Source: Nanoarchaeum equitans Kin4-M (lineage in GTDB: Archaea; Nanobdellota; Nanobdellia; Nanobdellales; Nanoarchaeaceae). Taken from it: a stretch of 32,000 nt of DNA. The notes below the pieces were generated by a model that had not been told where the DNA came from, did not search any database, and worked only from the letters and a program-made list of their open reading frames with translations. Numbering within the stretch: position 1 is the first letter of the stretch; each line of letters begins with the position of its first letter. Shown piece after piece: positions 9,836 through 18,656 of this stretch. The stretch is from the NCBI GenBank assembly GCA_000008085.1, contig AE017199.1, positions 180,001-212,000 on the forward strand. Reading direction: 5' to 3'. The translations under genes and the position numbers were made by a program.

Positions 9836-11306
9836 AGAAGTTTTTACTCTCTCTAACTCTAAATCCTAATTTTTCTATTTGGTCTTTACATTTTACTCCT
9901 ACGGCATAGTTTTTATTGTATAAAACAACACAATCCAGATCTATTAATTTTTTTATTAGCTTTATTAGATCACTTAGTTCTAGGCTATCGCTCACTTTTA
10001 TTATGTATTCGCCATTATTTATTTTCTCTTGTATTAGCCTAAAGTAATCTTTTAATAGAGAATCATATTTCTTTTCCATTGCTTTCCAATTATCGAAAAA
10101 CTTCTTTACTGCTATGGGGGTATTATCGATATCGGTTTTAGTTATTTTGGATATTTCTTTTAATATTTTGTCCCTTTTAATGATTTCCTTTACCGCTTGG
10201 TTTCCAGTAGTTAAGTATATTCTTATAGTATTATCGCTAATCTTTTTTGATGCCAATATTTTTATATAGCCAACTTGTATTGTATTATCTAAATGGGTTC
10301 CAGAACATGCTTCAACATCTAAATCTTCTATCTCAACTATTCTTAATATTTTCTCTGGGACTACTCCTCCTTGGTATATTCTAAAACCAAACCTCTTCTC
10401 TGCTTCGTTTTTAGGTAAGAAATATTTTTTGATCGGTCTCATTTCCATTACTATTTTGTTTGCTTCCTTTTCTAATAGCTCTAACTCTTCGTCAGATAAA
10501 TTCTTATAATGGGTTAAATCTATTGTAGCATATTCGTATTTTTTCTCAGCCCCCGCTTGCCAAATGTGTTCGCCGAACAATTTTCTTGCTATCCCTGTAA
10601 TTATATGAACCGCAGTGTGGTTGCGAGATAGTTGTAACCTTCTATCAAAATCTATTAATAATACGGGGTTTTCTATTTTCTTTAGTTTCTCTATATCATC
10701 AACTTTATGTAAAATTACTTTGCCCTTCTTTATTACATCTATAACTCTAACAAAGACTATTTCTTCTTTTTTGTATTGGTAGTCTTTATAATATTCATAA
10801 ACATCCTTATAAAATGGTATATTATATTTAGAATATTGGCCCGTTTTGTACAAATATACTAAGGAATCTCTATCTATTATATAACCGGTATCGTGCTCTT
10901 GTCCCCCCATAGTTGGATAAAAAACGGTTTTATCGAATATCGCATAATCTTTCTCTATTCCCAATAGATTTGCTTCGCAAAATTTTAAGAAAGTATCTTT
11001 CCAAAATAGAAACTCTGTAGGTTTATATTTAGAAACATCGATGTCTATTTCTTTTTTATGCTTTTCCGCTTTAGATTTTTGTCTATGTTTTTCTAATAAT
11101 TCATAGAACTTTTCTGGAATATGATCAACAATTAGATCGGGAGTTATCCCTTTAGAGATATATAGTTCAAACAAAACCTTTGCTTTTTCTTCATCGCTTA
11201 AGTTTTTAATTTTTTCCCTTGTTTTTTCTATAAGGGGTTTAAATTGCTTTTCAGTTTGTTTATATTTCTTATATTCCTCTAATATTATTTCATTGATTGG
11301 TATCAT
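9807..11306 (-). CDS. alaS (C-terminal half): Alanyl-tRNA synthetase C-terminal half (editing domain), split AlaRS
   Basis: Has FYPTMGGQEHDTGYI, NHTAVHIITGIARKLFGEHIWQAGAEK and EACSGTHLDNTIQVGYIKI editing-domain motifs but no class II catalytic core; starts around the ELYISKGITPDLI segment. Confidence 0.88.
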   Translation of the reverse strand: MIPINEIILEEYKKYKQTEKQFKPLIEKTREKIKNLSDEEKAKVLFELYISKGITPDLIVDHIPEKFYELLEKHRQKSKAEKHKKEIDIDVSKYKPTEFLFWKDTFLKFCEANLLGIEKDYAIFDKTVFYPTMGGQEHDTGYIIDRDSLVYLYKTGQYSKYNIPFYKDVYEYYKDYQYKKEEIVFVRVIDVIKKGKVILHKVDDIEKLKKIENPVLLIDFDRRLQLSRNHTAVHIITGIARKLFGEHIWQAGAEKKYEYATIDLTHYKNLSDEELELLEKEANKIVMEMRPIKKYFLPKNEAEKRFGFRIYQGGVVPEKILRIVEIEDLDVEACSGTHLDNTIQVGYIKILASKKISDNTIRIYLTTGNQAVKEIIKRDKILKEISKITKTDIDNTPIAVKKFFDNWKAMEKKYDSLLKDYFRLIQEKINNGEYIIKVSDSLELSDLIKLIKKLIDLDCVVLYNKNYAVGVKCKDQIEKLGFRVRESKNFFIGLIEDHK

Positions 11307-11856
11307 TTAAATCTAAAAACCATTTCTTTATAGCTTCTATTTTTTGTTTAATGTCTTTGACATCTTCTTTCGGTTTTTCTTCTTTTTCCTCTTTTACCTC
11401 GGGTTTTGCTTCTTTTTGTTTTGGGGCCAACCATTGGTCTAATATTGGATCTAAATAGTTTTTTATTTTTTCTACCCATTCTTTAGCAGTATTATCGTCT
11501 AATTTTTCTCTGGCCCATTCCATTACTATTTTGTTTTGGTCATTTTCTTGCCTAGGTATTATATATATCGCAACATGGGGAACTCTTTGCCCTGCGTAAG
11601 GGCCATTGGGAATATAAATTGTAACACTCGGATAAATAGAACCAATTACTTTGGCAAATATTACTGAAGCTTCTAAAATTTTATGTAAAATCTCTCTATC
11701 CAATTCCCAAATAAATGTTACATGTTGTTTGGGAATAATTAATAGTTGGCCCGGATGTGCTGGATAAATGTCTAAAACAACAACTAAATCGTTATCTTCA
11801 TATATTTTATATGAAGGGATTTGCCCAGATGCTATAGCACAAAATAAGCATTCCAT
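11290..11856 (-). CDS. HIT-family protein with degenerate histidine triad and charged C-terminal extension
   Basis: CLFCAIASGQIPSYKIYEDNDLVVVLDIYPAHPGQLLIIPKQH...GQRVPHVAIYIIPRQ; HxHxH replaced by HVAIY. Confidence 0.85.
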   Translation of the reverse strand: MECLFCAIASGQIPSYKIYEDNDLVVVLDIYPAHPGQLLIIPKQHVTFIWELDREILHKILEASVIFAKVIGSIYPSVTIYIPNGPYAGQRVPHVAIYIIPRQENDQNKIVMEWAREKLDDNTAKEWVEKIKNYLDPILDQWLAPKQKEAKPEVKEEKEEKPKEDVKDIKQKIEAIKKWFLDLNDTNQ

Positions 11857-11865
11857 TTTTAGTTT

Positions 11866-12147
11866 ATGGCTATCAAAATTTATATGTTAGAAATTGTGGT
11901 ATTGGGAGTAGGATTACTATTTTTAGTTTGGTATTTGGTTTGGATTTCTAATAAACAAGCCGAATGGTATATGCGTTATAATAAAATTTCGACTTTTTAC
12001 CAAGAGCTAACATTGTATGTTTTATTTATTACAATTAGTTATTTTATTTTTATACATATACCACATATACAAAAATTTGTTGTTGGAATGATTAGCCTAT
12101 TGGTATCTAGCTATATACTAAAAAAAGTTATCGAATCAATCGCTTAA
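11866..12147 (+). CDS. Small hypothetical membrane protein (about 3 TM segments)
   Basis: Hydrophobic segments LEIVVLGVGLLFLVWYLVWI, LYVLFITISYFIFI, VVGMISLLVSSYIL. Confidence 0.65.
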   Translation: MAIKIYMLEIVVLGVGLLFLVWYLVWISNKQAEWYMRYNKISTFYQELTLYVLFITISYFIFIHIPHIQKFVVGMISLLVSSYILKKVIESIA

Positions 12148-13333
12148 TTAGATATAGTAAGGGCAATACCAATAACAAATAAATCCAATTGTTGTTTTTC
12201 TCTTTCTTTTCTTGTTTTGGAATTATTATTTGGCCCTCTTTTTTATATTGGTTTCCGAGCCAGTCTTGGTAATAGATTGTATAATTGTATTTACCCGGTT
12301 TTAGATTAAAATATGCTGTATCATAATCATTGGGATCAATTTCTCCAATAAAATAGGATTTATCTGCTATTGTAACATAAACACCCTTTAGTTTATATGG
12401 ATTAGGATTCCCAATGGTTATTTCTAAATTTTTATCTAAATTAGTGCTAACAACGATTTTAGGCTTTTCATTTATTATAACATAAGAGCTATACTCGGTT
12501 TTGTATTTTTTATTGTCTTTCTCATACTCTATAACAAATTTTATTGGATATTTGCCATAACTATTAGAGAATACATCAAAATCTATTATGGCACTACCAT
12601 CTAAAAAAGGCAAATAATATGGGTTAGGCGATACCGATATGTTAGATACAGCATAAATTTTTATGTTAGTTATTTTATTGTAAGAGAGCAATTTTAATGA
12701 AATTTTGCCTTTCTTATTAATGGTTTTTGGCTCGTAATAAACTAATAAATATGGCTTTTCCTCAGAAAGTTTTAGAATTTTATGAAACGTTTTGTTTATA
12801 TCTATTATTGATTTGGCTCTCAAAGTTATGTTTAAATAACAATCTTTGTCAGCATAGAGTTTAATGGTATATTCGTTTTTGTTTAAAACCAAAGGAGAGC
12901 TAACATTTAAGGGACATCCCTCTATATATAAATAACCATTCCTTAGATTTAGGTTAGAGTTAATTTTTATTTTTATGGTATTCCAGCCATATTTTATTAT
13001 ATTAGGGCTAACATCTATAGAAATTTTATCCAAGGGGAAAACAAAAATTGGTAAGTGCAATTCTTCATCGTTCAAATTTATTATAATTTCGTTATAACCC
13101 TCTTTTTTAGCTTTCCCTTTTAGATATAAAGTGAACTCTTCGCTAGGTTTTAATAGTTCTATTGTTTTAGAATAATTTATTTCTAATCCTTCGCTACGGG
13201 CTTTTACATCTAAATCTGTATAGGTTTTGTTTTTGTCATTCAATATAGTTATATAGAATAAAGGTTCGTCCCCAATAGTAATATTGGAAGGTATCGTTTT
13301 TATCGATTTAATTAAAAAGGCATAGGCGAGCAT
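12128..13333 (-). CDS. Hypothetical surface protein with beta-rich ectodomain and C-terminal membrane anchor
   Basis: Repeated beta-sandwich-like segments (INEKPKIVVSTNLDKNLEITIGNPNPYKLKGVYVTI) and C-terminal NNWIYLLLVLPLLYLIKRLIR. Confidence 0.65.
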   Translation of the reverse strand: MLAYAFLIKSIKTIPSNITIGDEPLFYITILNDKNKTYTDLDVKARSEGLEINYSKTIELLKPSEEFTLYLKGKAKKEGYNEIIINLNDEELHLPIFVFPLDKISIDVSPNIIKYGWNTIKIKINSNLNLRNGYLYIEGCPLNVSSPLVLNKNEYTIKLYADKDCYLNITLRAKSIIDINKTFHKILKLSEEKPYLLVYYEPKTINKKGKISLKLLSYNKITNIKIYAVSNISVSPNPYYLPFLDGSAIIDFDVFSNSYGKYPIKFVIEYEKDNKKYKTEYSSYVIINEKPKIVVSTNLDKNLEITIGNPNPYKLKGVYVTIADKSYFIGEIDPNDYDTAYFNLKPGKYNYTIYYQDWLGNQYKKEGQIIIPKQEKKEKNNNWIYLLLVLPLLYLIKRLIR

Positions 13334-13334
13334 T

Positions 13335-14009
13335 TTATAATTGTTTAGTTTTCTTTAAATGCTCTATATATTTTTCATTAATCAAAGCGGAAAGTTTTGT
13401 TGTTTCTACTTCTAAAGCTAATGGGAATCCAATGAATGGCTTATCATTATAAAATGGGTAAGCCATAAATCTTTTAGCATCTTTTTCCATTTCATCAATA
13501 ATATTTGTTGGGTTACCTTGCTCTATTGATTCTACATATTTATATAATTCTTTATAATAGGGGTAAACCTTTTGAGCTATGCTTTTTAGTAAAGCTAATT
13601 CCATATCTTTTTTGTTTTCTCTATAAAAGGGTAGCCTTTTTATTATAGATGGGTCTTTTTTGTATTGTTCTATGAAATACCTATTAAAGTATTTGGTGGG
13701 TATTAAATAATTTGGATCTGCATTAATGTTATATAAATCCAAAAACATAAACATTCCTTCTAAAAAGGGAACAAGCTTTTTTGGATAAATTTTCATTAGC
13801 TCGAAAAATGTATTAGCTTCTCTTAACCTTAAAGAATACTCTATTTTTAGTATATTGTTAAAATCTGCTGGTTTTAGTATTGTTAAATAGCCGTATTTGT
13901 TTAACACTCTTAACAGCCCTATATAATCCAAATCTTTTAATTTATCCAAATTGTGTAATAATAGCGAACCGTATTTTGTTTTTATTTTTGTATAGCTATA
14001 GATTCGCAT
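13335..14009 (-). CDS. atpC: A-type ATP synthase subunit C-like protein
   Basis: IYSYTKIKTKYGSLL...LKIEYSLRLREANTFFELMKIYPKKLVPFLEGMFMFLDLYNI resembles subunit C/Vma6; next to the K subunit. Confidence 0.65.
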   Translation of the reverse strand: MRIYSYTKIKTKYGSLLLHNLDKLKDLDYIGLLRVLNKYGYLTILKPADFNNILKIEYSLRLREANTFFELMKIYPKKLVPFLEGMFMFLDLYNINADPNYLIPTKYFNRYFIEQYKKDPSIIKRLPFYRENKKDMELALLKSIAQKVYPYYKELYKYVESIEQGNPTNIIDEMEKDAKRFMAYPFYNDKPFIGFPLALEVETTKLSALINEKYIEHLKKTKQL

Positions 14010-14268
14010 GTTTCCATTTTTCTAATATAAGCTTCTCCCTTCTCTTTAGAAATTCCAATGATTCCTTTCTATTTTTGACTATTTCTTTTTCTATTTGGGC
14101 TTTTTTTAGTATTCTTTCTCTTTCTTCTAAAGCTTTTTTCAAATATTCTTCTAAAATTTGTTCTTTTTTCTCTAATGCCTCTCTTATTTTTTTGAAATAT
14201 ATTTTTCTTGCCAAGCTAACTATTTCTTTTTCTATTAAATCACTATTATCTATAATAATTTTATACAA
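13996..14268 (-). CDS. Short coiled-coil peripheral-stalk-like (E/H-type) subunit of A-type ATPase
   Basis: 90-aa highly charged helical protein between subunits C and K. Confidence 0.5.
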   Translation of the reverse strand: MYKIIIDNSDLIEKEIVSLARKIYFKKIREALEKKEQILEEYLKKALEERERILKKAQIEKEIVKNRKESLEFLKRREKLILEKWKHANL

Positions 14269-14470
14269 TTTTAGAAAGCAATAGGTAAGCTATCACTAAA
14301 CCATAAATAGCTTGTGTTTCAGGCAATGCTGCAAATATTAGCATTTTACCAAATAGATCAGGTTTCTCTGATGTGGCTGCCGCAGCAGCAGATGCGGCTA
14401 GGCCCTGGGCTATTGCAGAGCCAAAAGCAGCTAACCCTATAGCCAATGCAGAGGCTAACGCTAGATCCAT
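14261..14470 (-). CDS. atpK: A-type ATP synthase subunit K (membrane proteolipid)
   Basis: Two-TM hairpin MDLALASALAIGLAAFGSAIAQGLAASAAAAA...MLIFAALPETQAIYGLVIAYLLL with the conserved Glu in helix 2. Confidence 0.88.
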   Translation of the reverse strand: MDLALASALAIGLAAFGSAIAQGLAASAAAAATSEKPDLFGKMLIFAALPETQAIYGLVIAYLLLSKIV

Positions 14471-14491
14471 TTAGTTAATATAAAAAATGTT

Positions 14492-14992
14492 TTAAGAACC
14501 TTTAGTTATAAAATAGGCTATTCCTACCATTATACCTAATGTGACTAAAACTGATATTATTTGAAATATTGGGGTTAGATCTATGCTAATCCCATTCGAT
14601 GGGGCTGGTAAAAAGTAAATTATTATTAACAATGCTGCTAATCCCAATAAAACATAACCGACTTTTTTGTCTAACCAAACTTCGTTCTCTTTAACGGTAT
14701 TAGATAAAATAACACCTACTGCTGCCATACCAAATAAAGCGAAAATGCTAACCAAAACGAAATCCGGTAAATATATTTTTAACATATGCACAGCGCTTTT
14801 AGCTGCAGCAAAAATAAAACCAACAGACAAACTAATCAAAGATATTCTCGCCCTAACATCGTCATTAGCAGGATCGCCTAATATTTTGGTTTTGGCTAAA
14901 ATCGAATACATAATAGCATAAACCAAAATAACTGGTATAACTACATCAACAAACCCTATATTTATTAGATAATCAAAAGCTTGTCTAAACAT
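14492..14992 (-). CDS. Hypothetical integral membrane protein
   Basis: 166 aa with several hydrophobic segments; between S27e and the ATPase genes. Confidence 0.7.
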   Translation of the reverse strand: MFRQAFDYLINIGFVDVVIPVILVYAIMYSILAKTKILGDPANDDVRARISLISLSVGFIFAAAKSAVHMLKIYLPDFVLVSIFALFGMAAVGVILSNTVKENEVWLDKKVGYVLLGLAALLIIIYFLPAPSNGISIDLTPIFQIISVLVTLGIMVGIAYFITKGS

Positions 14993-15189
14993 TATTCATA
15001 TATTTCAACTATTTCTCCGAATATTTGGGCCTTTCCCCCTGTGGGTTTGGCCAATATATTACCACATTTGTGGCATTTTACAATTGTTGAAGCCCTATCA
15101 AATATTATTTGCTCGTTACCGCATTTACATCTTACTTTTATAAACCTAGATCTTGGTTTGACAATATAGTCATTCACTTGCTTTACCAT
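14992..15189 (-). CDS. rps27e: Ribosomal protein S27e (eS27)
   Basis: FIKVRCKCGNEQIIFDRASTIVKCHKCGNILAKPTGGKAQIFG: Zn-ribbon plus conserved tail. Confidence 0.93.
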   Translation of the reverse strand: MVKQVNDYIVKPRSRFIKVRCKCGNEQIIFDRASTIVKCHKCGNILAKPTGGKAQIFGEIVEIYE

Positions 15190-15208
15190 TTGTTATTATT
15201 GAGTAAAA

Positions 15209-15216
15209 TTTTAAAG
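15209..15216. promoter_or_regulatory. Shared bidirectional TATA box candidate (rps27e / ef1b)
   Basis: TTTTAAAG centred at 15212.5, 23.5 bp from both divergent start codons (15189 and 15236). Confidence 0.6.
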
Positions 15217-15235
15217 GGTTAATTTTTTATCGGGG

Positions 15236-15502
15236 ATGGCCCAGGTTTTGATAAAAATGCAAATAATTCCAGAAAGTCCAGAAGTAGATTTAGACAAGTT
15301 ATTGGAAAAGGTAAAAGAGGTTATAAAAGATTATGGTGAATACTATAAACATGAAGTAGAGCCTTTAGCTTTTGGATTGAAAAGTTTAATAGTTTATTTC
15401 TTAATTCCAGAAACATCCTTTAATGAGGAGCAATTTTTAGATAATATTAAACAAATAGAAGAGGTAAGCGATGCAGAAATATTAATGGCTACGAGAGCAT
15501 AA
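15236..15502 (+). CDS. ef1b: Translation elongation factor 1-beta
   Basis: MAQVLIKMQIIPESPEVDLDKLLEKVKEVI...EVEPLAFGLKSLIVYFLIPE. Confidence 0.92.
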   Translation: MAQVLIKMQIIPESPEVDLDKLLEKVKEVIKDYGEYYKHEVEPLAFGLKSLIVYFLIPETSFNEEQFLDNIKQIEEVSDAEILMATRA

Positions 15503-15531
15503 ATTTTTAATAGATCGTTTTTTATATAAAA

Positions 15532-15828
15532 ATGGTCGAAGTTGTATTCGAGGTTTCATGCGGTAAAACAGTTACAGACAAAATAGAATTGCCCGACAAC
15601 ATACAAGGGAGAGAAAAATTCAAATATGGGGGAAAAATGGTTAAAATGCTTTGGGATTTGTATAAAAAAGCCAATTGCAATGGAGCAAAAGTTAAAATAA
15701 TCGCTAAAGGCAAGAAAAAAGCTGAAAAAACTATAGAAATAGAAAGCGATTTAGACCATAGAAAAAGAATAGGCTATGGTGGTAAAGTTGTAAGAATTGT
15801 ATGGGAATTGTATGATTTAGTTAAATAG
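15532..15828 (+). CDS. Small hypothetical protein with internal sequence duplication
   Basis: KFKYGGKMVKMLWDLYKKA repeated as RIGYGGKVVRIVWELYDLV; promoter-like box 24.5 bp upstream. Confidence 0.7.
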   Translation: MVEVVFEVSCGKTVTDKIELPDNIQGREKFKYGGKMVKMLWDLYKKANCNGAKVKIIAKGKKKAEKTIEIESDLDHRKRIGYGGKVVRIVWELYDLVK

Positions 15829-15857
15829 CTTTAAATGATAGTGACAAATTCTTACTA

Positions 15858-17864
15858 ATGCGCAAGCTATTAAGCTTACCCCTAATAACATTTTTTGTAT
15901 TAGGTTTATCTGTAGGGGAATTGGTCCCAATAGGTAAAGGTAGAGGCGGAACCACTGTTACTATAGGACCACAAGACATAAAGCTCATTGGGGTATCAGC
16001 AAATCCAGAGAACAAGCCTGACTATACAGCTACATTAACTTTGTATATTACAATAGACGAAAATGTTTTTAGTAGTGCAGGTACATACAATGTAAAACTT
16101 AGGGGAACTAGTGAAAAGGTACAAGTAACAGTTACGGGCAAATCTCCAAACTTACAAATTAGTAATATAAATGACAAAAATAATGATTTGGCAACATATA
16201 TATACAAAAAAATAACAGAAGGTTTGCCACCAACCAATTATGTTAGGGTTGAATCTCCTGCTCTTGTTGGGAATAAGTATTATGAGATTAAGGTTAAACT
16301 ATTGCCGTTTAGTTCTTTGCCCCCTATTTTATGGTTGGTCACAACATCCGAAGCGGAAAGTAGGTATAATAGTATTTATAGTATTAGTGCCAAAGCTACA
16401 GCAAATGTTTTTACAACTTTTAACGAACAAGCAAGCATTAAAACGATAATTGCTTCTTTTAGTGAGGGGATGAACTTAATAGATATACGTTCTCAATTAT
16501 TTTCATTAAGCCTTGCGAAGTACATAACAAACTCTGTTAATGAGTGTTTTATAAGAGCATGGAAATCCCTGGGGTATGAACCAGCAGATAAACTATGCAA
16601 CAGAATTAATTCTGAAGCTTCTGCATTATTATCGAAATTTGGAATCAATTTGGATGCTGTTTACACATATGACACTGGTAGTGGGTCTTGCACTCTTACC
16701 AAAGATGCAAAAGCAGACGAAGAAGTAATGAGTGTTTTAGAAGGTATGGGTTTCAAACCCTCTTATAATACAATAGAAGAAATGGTTTTTCAATTAAAAA
16801 AGGGAGATAGATTTATTTGCTGGTTGGATAGCGTATTTGGAGCAATATTTGGGTCGACTTATTATTCAATCAAAGGCTTATTGCCCCAAAACATTACCAA
16901 TAGAGAGATGGTGGCATTGATTATTACATTATCTTTATGGGGTATGTTAGCTTATCTTGTTATAAAAAGGATAGGGCCAAGCGAAGAAAACAAAAACATT
17001 GGTATAAAACATTTCATAGGAGGTTTAGCTATATCATATTTATTATTAACTTTGCTAGGAAACAGCCTTTCAAGTATGTCTAGTGCACATATAATTGGAT
17101 CGATACTATTCTTGTTCTTTACCTACGAAATAGTTTCTTATATCGTGGCACTCATCTCACATCCCAGATTAGAAGCAATAGTATATTTAGTTCTATATGG
17201 TTTATATGTAATCGCCCTCTCCGTTTTCCTACGAACGATGGGTATTGTAGGAGGAGCATCCGAAGGTGTTTTTAACCCCACGAAAGCGATAGCGCTAAGC
17301 GCCGCAATGCCCTTTAGTGATATTATAGGTGGGATAGCAATACCTATAATATATCAAGCATTGTTAGGCTTCCAAGTTGGGTGGTTCCAAGCGATAGGGT
17401 GGGCATGGCTAATAACAAAAATTATTACTTACATAGCAGACTTGGTAGGAATAACTTTACCACCATTCTTAGATGTGTCAAAAAAACTAAAAGAAAAACT
17501 TGACAAAGATCTTGGCACATTTGAATGGCACAAGAGAGAGGGCAATGAAGTAGAAATTGCAAAGAGAGTTATAATGAATATCGCTTCACAATTAAGGGAT
17601 TTATGGACAAACATACATTGTAGCACTCTTGGGGCGAGAAAACTTTTGGGAAGAAAATTTAATCCGGTGCCATTAACGGGTGCACTATTATATGTTCTCA
17701 GCGATGAGGATAATAAGGCTCTCATACTCCAAAAAATACCTGATGAGGATCAAAAGAAAATAGTTGAGAATGTTTTAAACAACAAGTTAGAGGAACTGGC
17801 TAAGAGTCTAGCGAAAGATGATAAGTTTAGGTCATTACTCATGAACTACTGCAAAGATAGTTGA
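15858..17864 (+). CDS. Large orphan membrane protein: signal peptide, ectodomain, multiple TM segments, cytoplasmic-like charged tail
   Basis: 668-aa ORF; N-terminal LLSLPLITFFVLGLSVGE; hydrophobic segments such as ALIITLSLWGMLAYLVI, IIGSILFLFFTYEIVSYIVALI, AIVYLVLYGLYVIALSVFL; charged C-terminal about 130 aa. Confidence 0.8.
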   Translation: MRKLLSLPLITFFVLGLSVGELVPIGKGRGGTTVTIGPQDIKLIGVSANPENKPDYTATLTLYITIDENVFSSAGTYNVKLRGTSEKVQVTVTGKSPNLQISNINDKNNDLATYIYKKITEGLPPTNYVRVESPALVGNKYYEIKVKLLPFSSLPPILWLVTTSEAESRYNSIYSISAKATANVFTTFNEQASIKTIIASFSEGMNLIDIRSQLFSLSLAKYITNSVNECFIRAWKSLGYEPADKLCNRINSEASALLSKFGINLDAVYTYDTGSGSCTLTKDAKADEEVMSVLEGMGFKPSYNTIEEMVFQLKKGDRFICWLDSVFGAIFGSTYYSIKGLLPQNITNREMVALIITLSLWGMLAYLVIKRIGPSEENKNIGIKHFIGGLAISYLLLTLLGNSLSSMSSAHIIGSILFLFFTYEIVSYIVALISHPRLEAIVYLVLYGLYVIALSVFLRTMGIVGGASEGVFNPTKAIALSAAMPFSDIIGGIAIPIIYQALLGFQVGWFQAIGWAWLITKIITYIADLVGITLPPFLDVSKKLKEKLDKDLGTFEWHKREGNEVEIAKRVIMNIASQLRDLWTNIHCSTLGARKLLGRKFNPVPLTGALLYVLSDEDNKALILQKIPDEDQKKIVENVLNNKLEELAKSLAKDDKFRSLLMNYCKDS

Positions 17865-17874
17865 TTTTTAATTA

Positions 17875-18624
17875 TCAAAAGCTTTCCAACAAAATTCTTC
17901 CAGCCAATTTATAGTCTTTCGCTTCAACCAAATCAAAGCCATAAATGTTTTCCAAAGAATAAATTATTCTCAAATAATGATGGGGCATTATTCCTAGGGG
18001 CTCTCTCCACACCCCTTTATCAATAAAAACATCGAAATCTAAACTTACATAGGGATTTTTGAATTTTTTTAGCTCTTGTATTACATTATCTAAATCGAAA
18101 AACACATCGATAGAATCGTAATACTTTATATTATAGCTATCTAAAAACTCTTTCTCATCTTTGGCCCAATTATTTATACCAACCAAAGCTATTTTATTAG
18201 GCTTAATAATACCTTCTTCTATTATATACCTAACCCAAGTGGCATAATTCAAATCGCCATAAAAACAATCCGGATGCGAATCGAATATAATTAATTCCCT
18301 AGGTTCTAAAGCTTTTATTATTGGATAACTAATTAGATGGTTCCCGCCTAAAGAATAAACCTTTTTACCTAGGCTTTTAAAATATAGAACGGTTTCATAT
18401 ATTTTATCTAAAGCCTTTGGTAATGGCATATCTAAATCTATATCGCCATGGTCATAAACTTTAGGCAACCTATTCCTTAATGGATAATATATTTCATCGA
18501 AAGATTCTCTAATTTTTTTAGGTATCTCTTTATAGCCTTTTTTGTCTGATCCTTCTTCTAATGGAAATCCAACTAAAACTATTTCTGCTTCTTCCAAAGT
18601 GGAATCGAATAATGGAACGAACAT
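17875..18624 (-). CDS. Ureohydrolase (arginase/agmatinase) family protein; start revised from 18699 to internal ATG at 18624
   Basis: Metal-site motifs GGNH, FDSHPDCF and SLDFDVF; the longer track ORF (to 18699) overlaps the Sec61-beta-like gene, while ATG at 18624 begins MFVPLFDSTLEEAEIVLVGFP and has a TATA-like box at the expected distance. Confidence 0.8.
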   Translation of the reverse strand: MFVPLFDSTLEEAEIVLVGFPLEEGSDKKGYKEIPKKIRESFDEIYYPLRNRLPKVYDHGDIDLDMPLPKALDKIYETVLYFKSLGKKVYSLGGNHLISYPIIKALEPRELIIFDSHPDCFYGDLNYATWVRYIIEEGIIKPNKIALVGINNWAKDEKEFLDSYNIKYYDSIDVFFDLDNVIQELKKFKNPYVSLDFDVFIDKGVWREPLGIMPHHYLRIIYSLENIYGFDLVEAKDYKLAGRILLESF

Positions 18625-18656
18625 TTTAGTTTTAAACCCTCTATTATAAAAAATAA

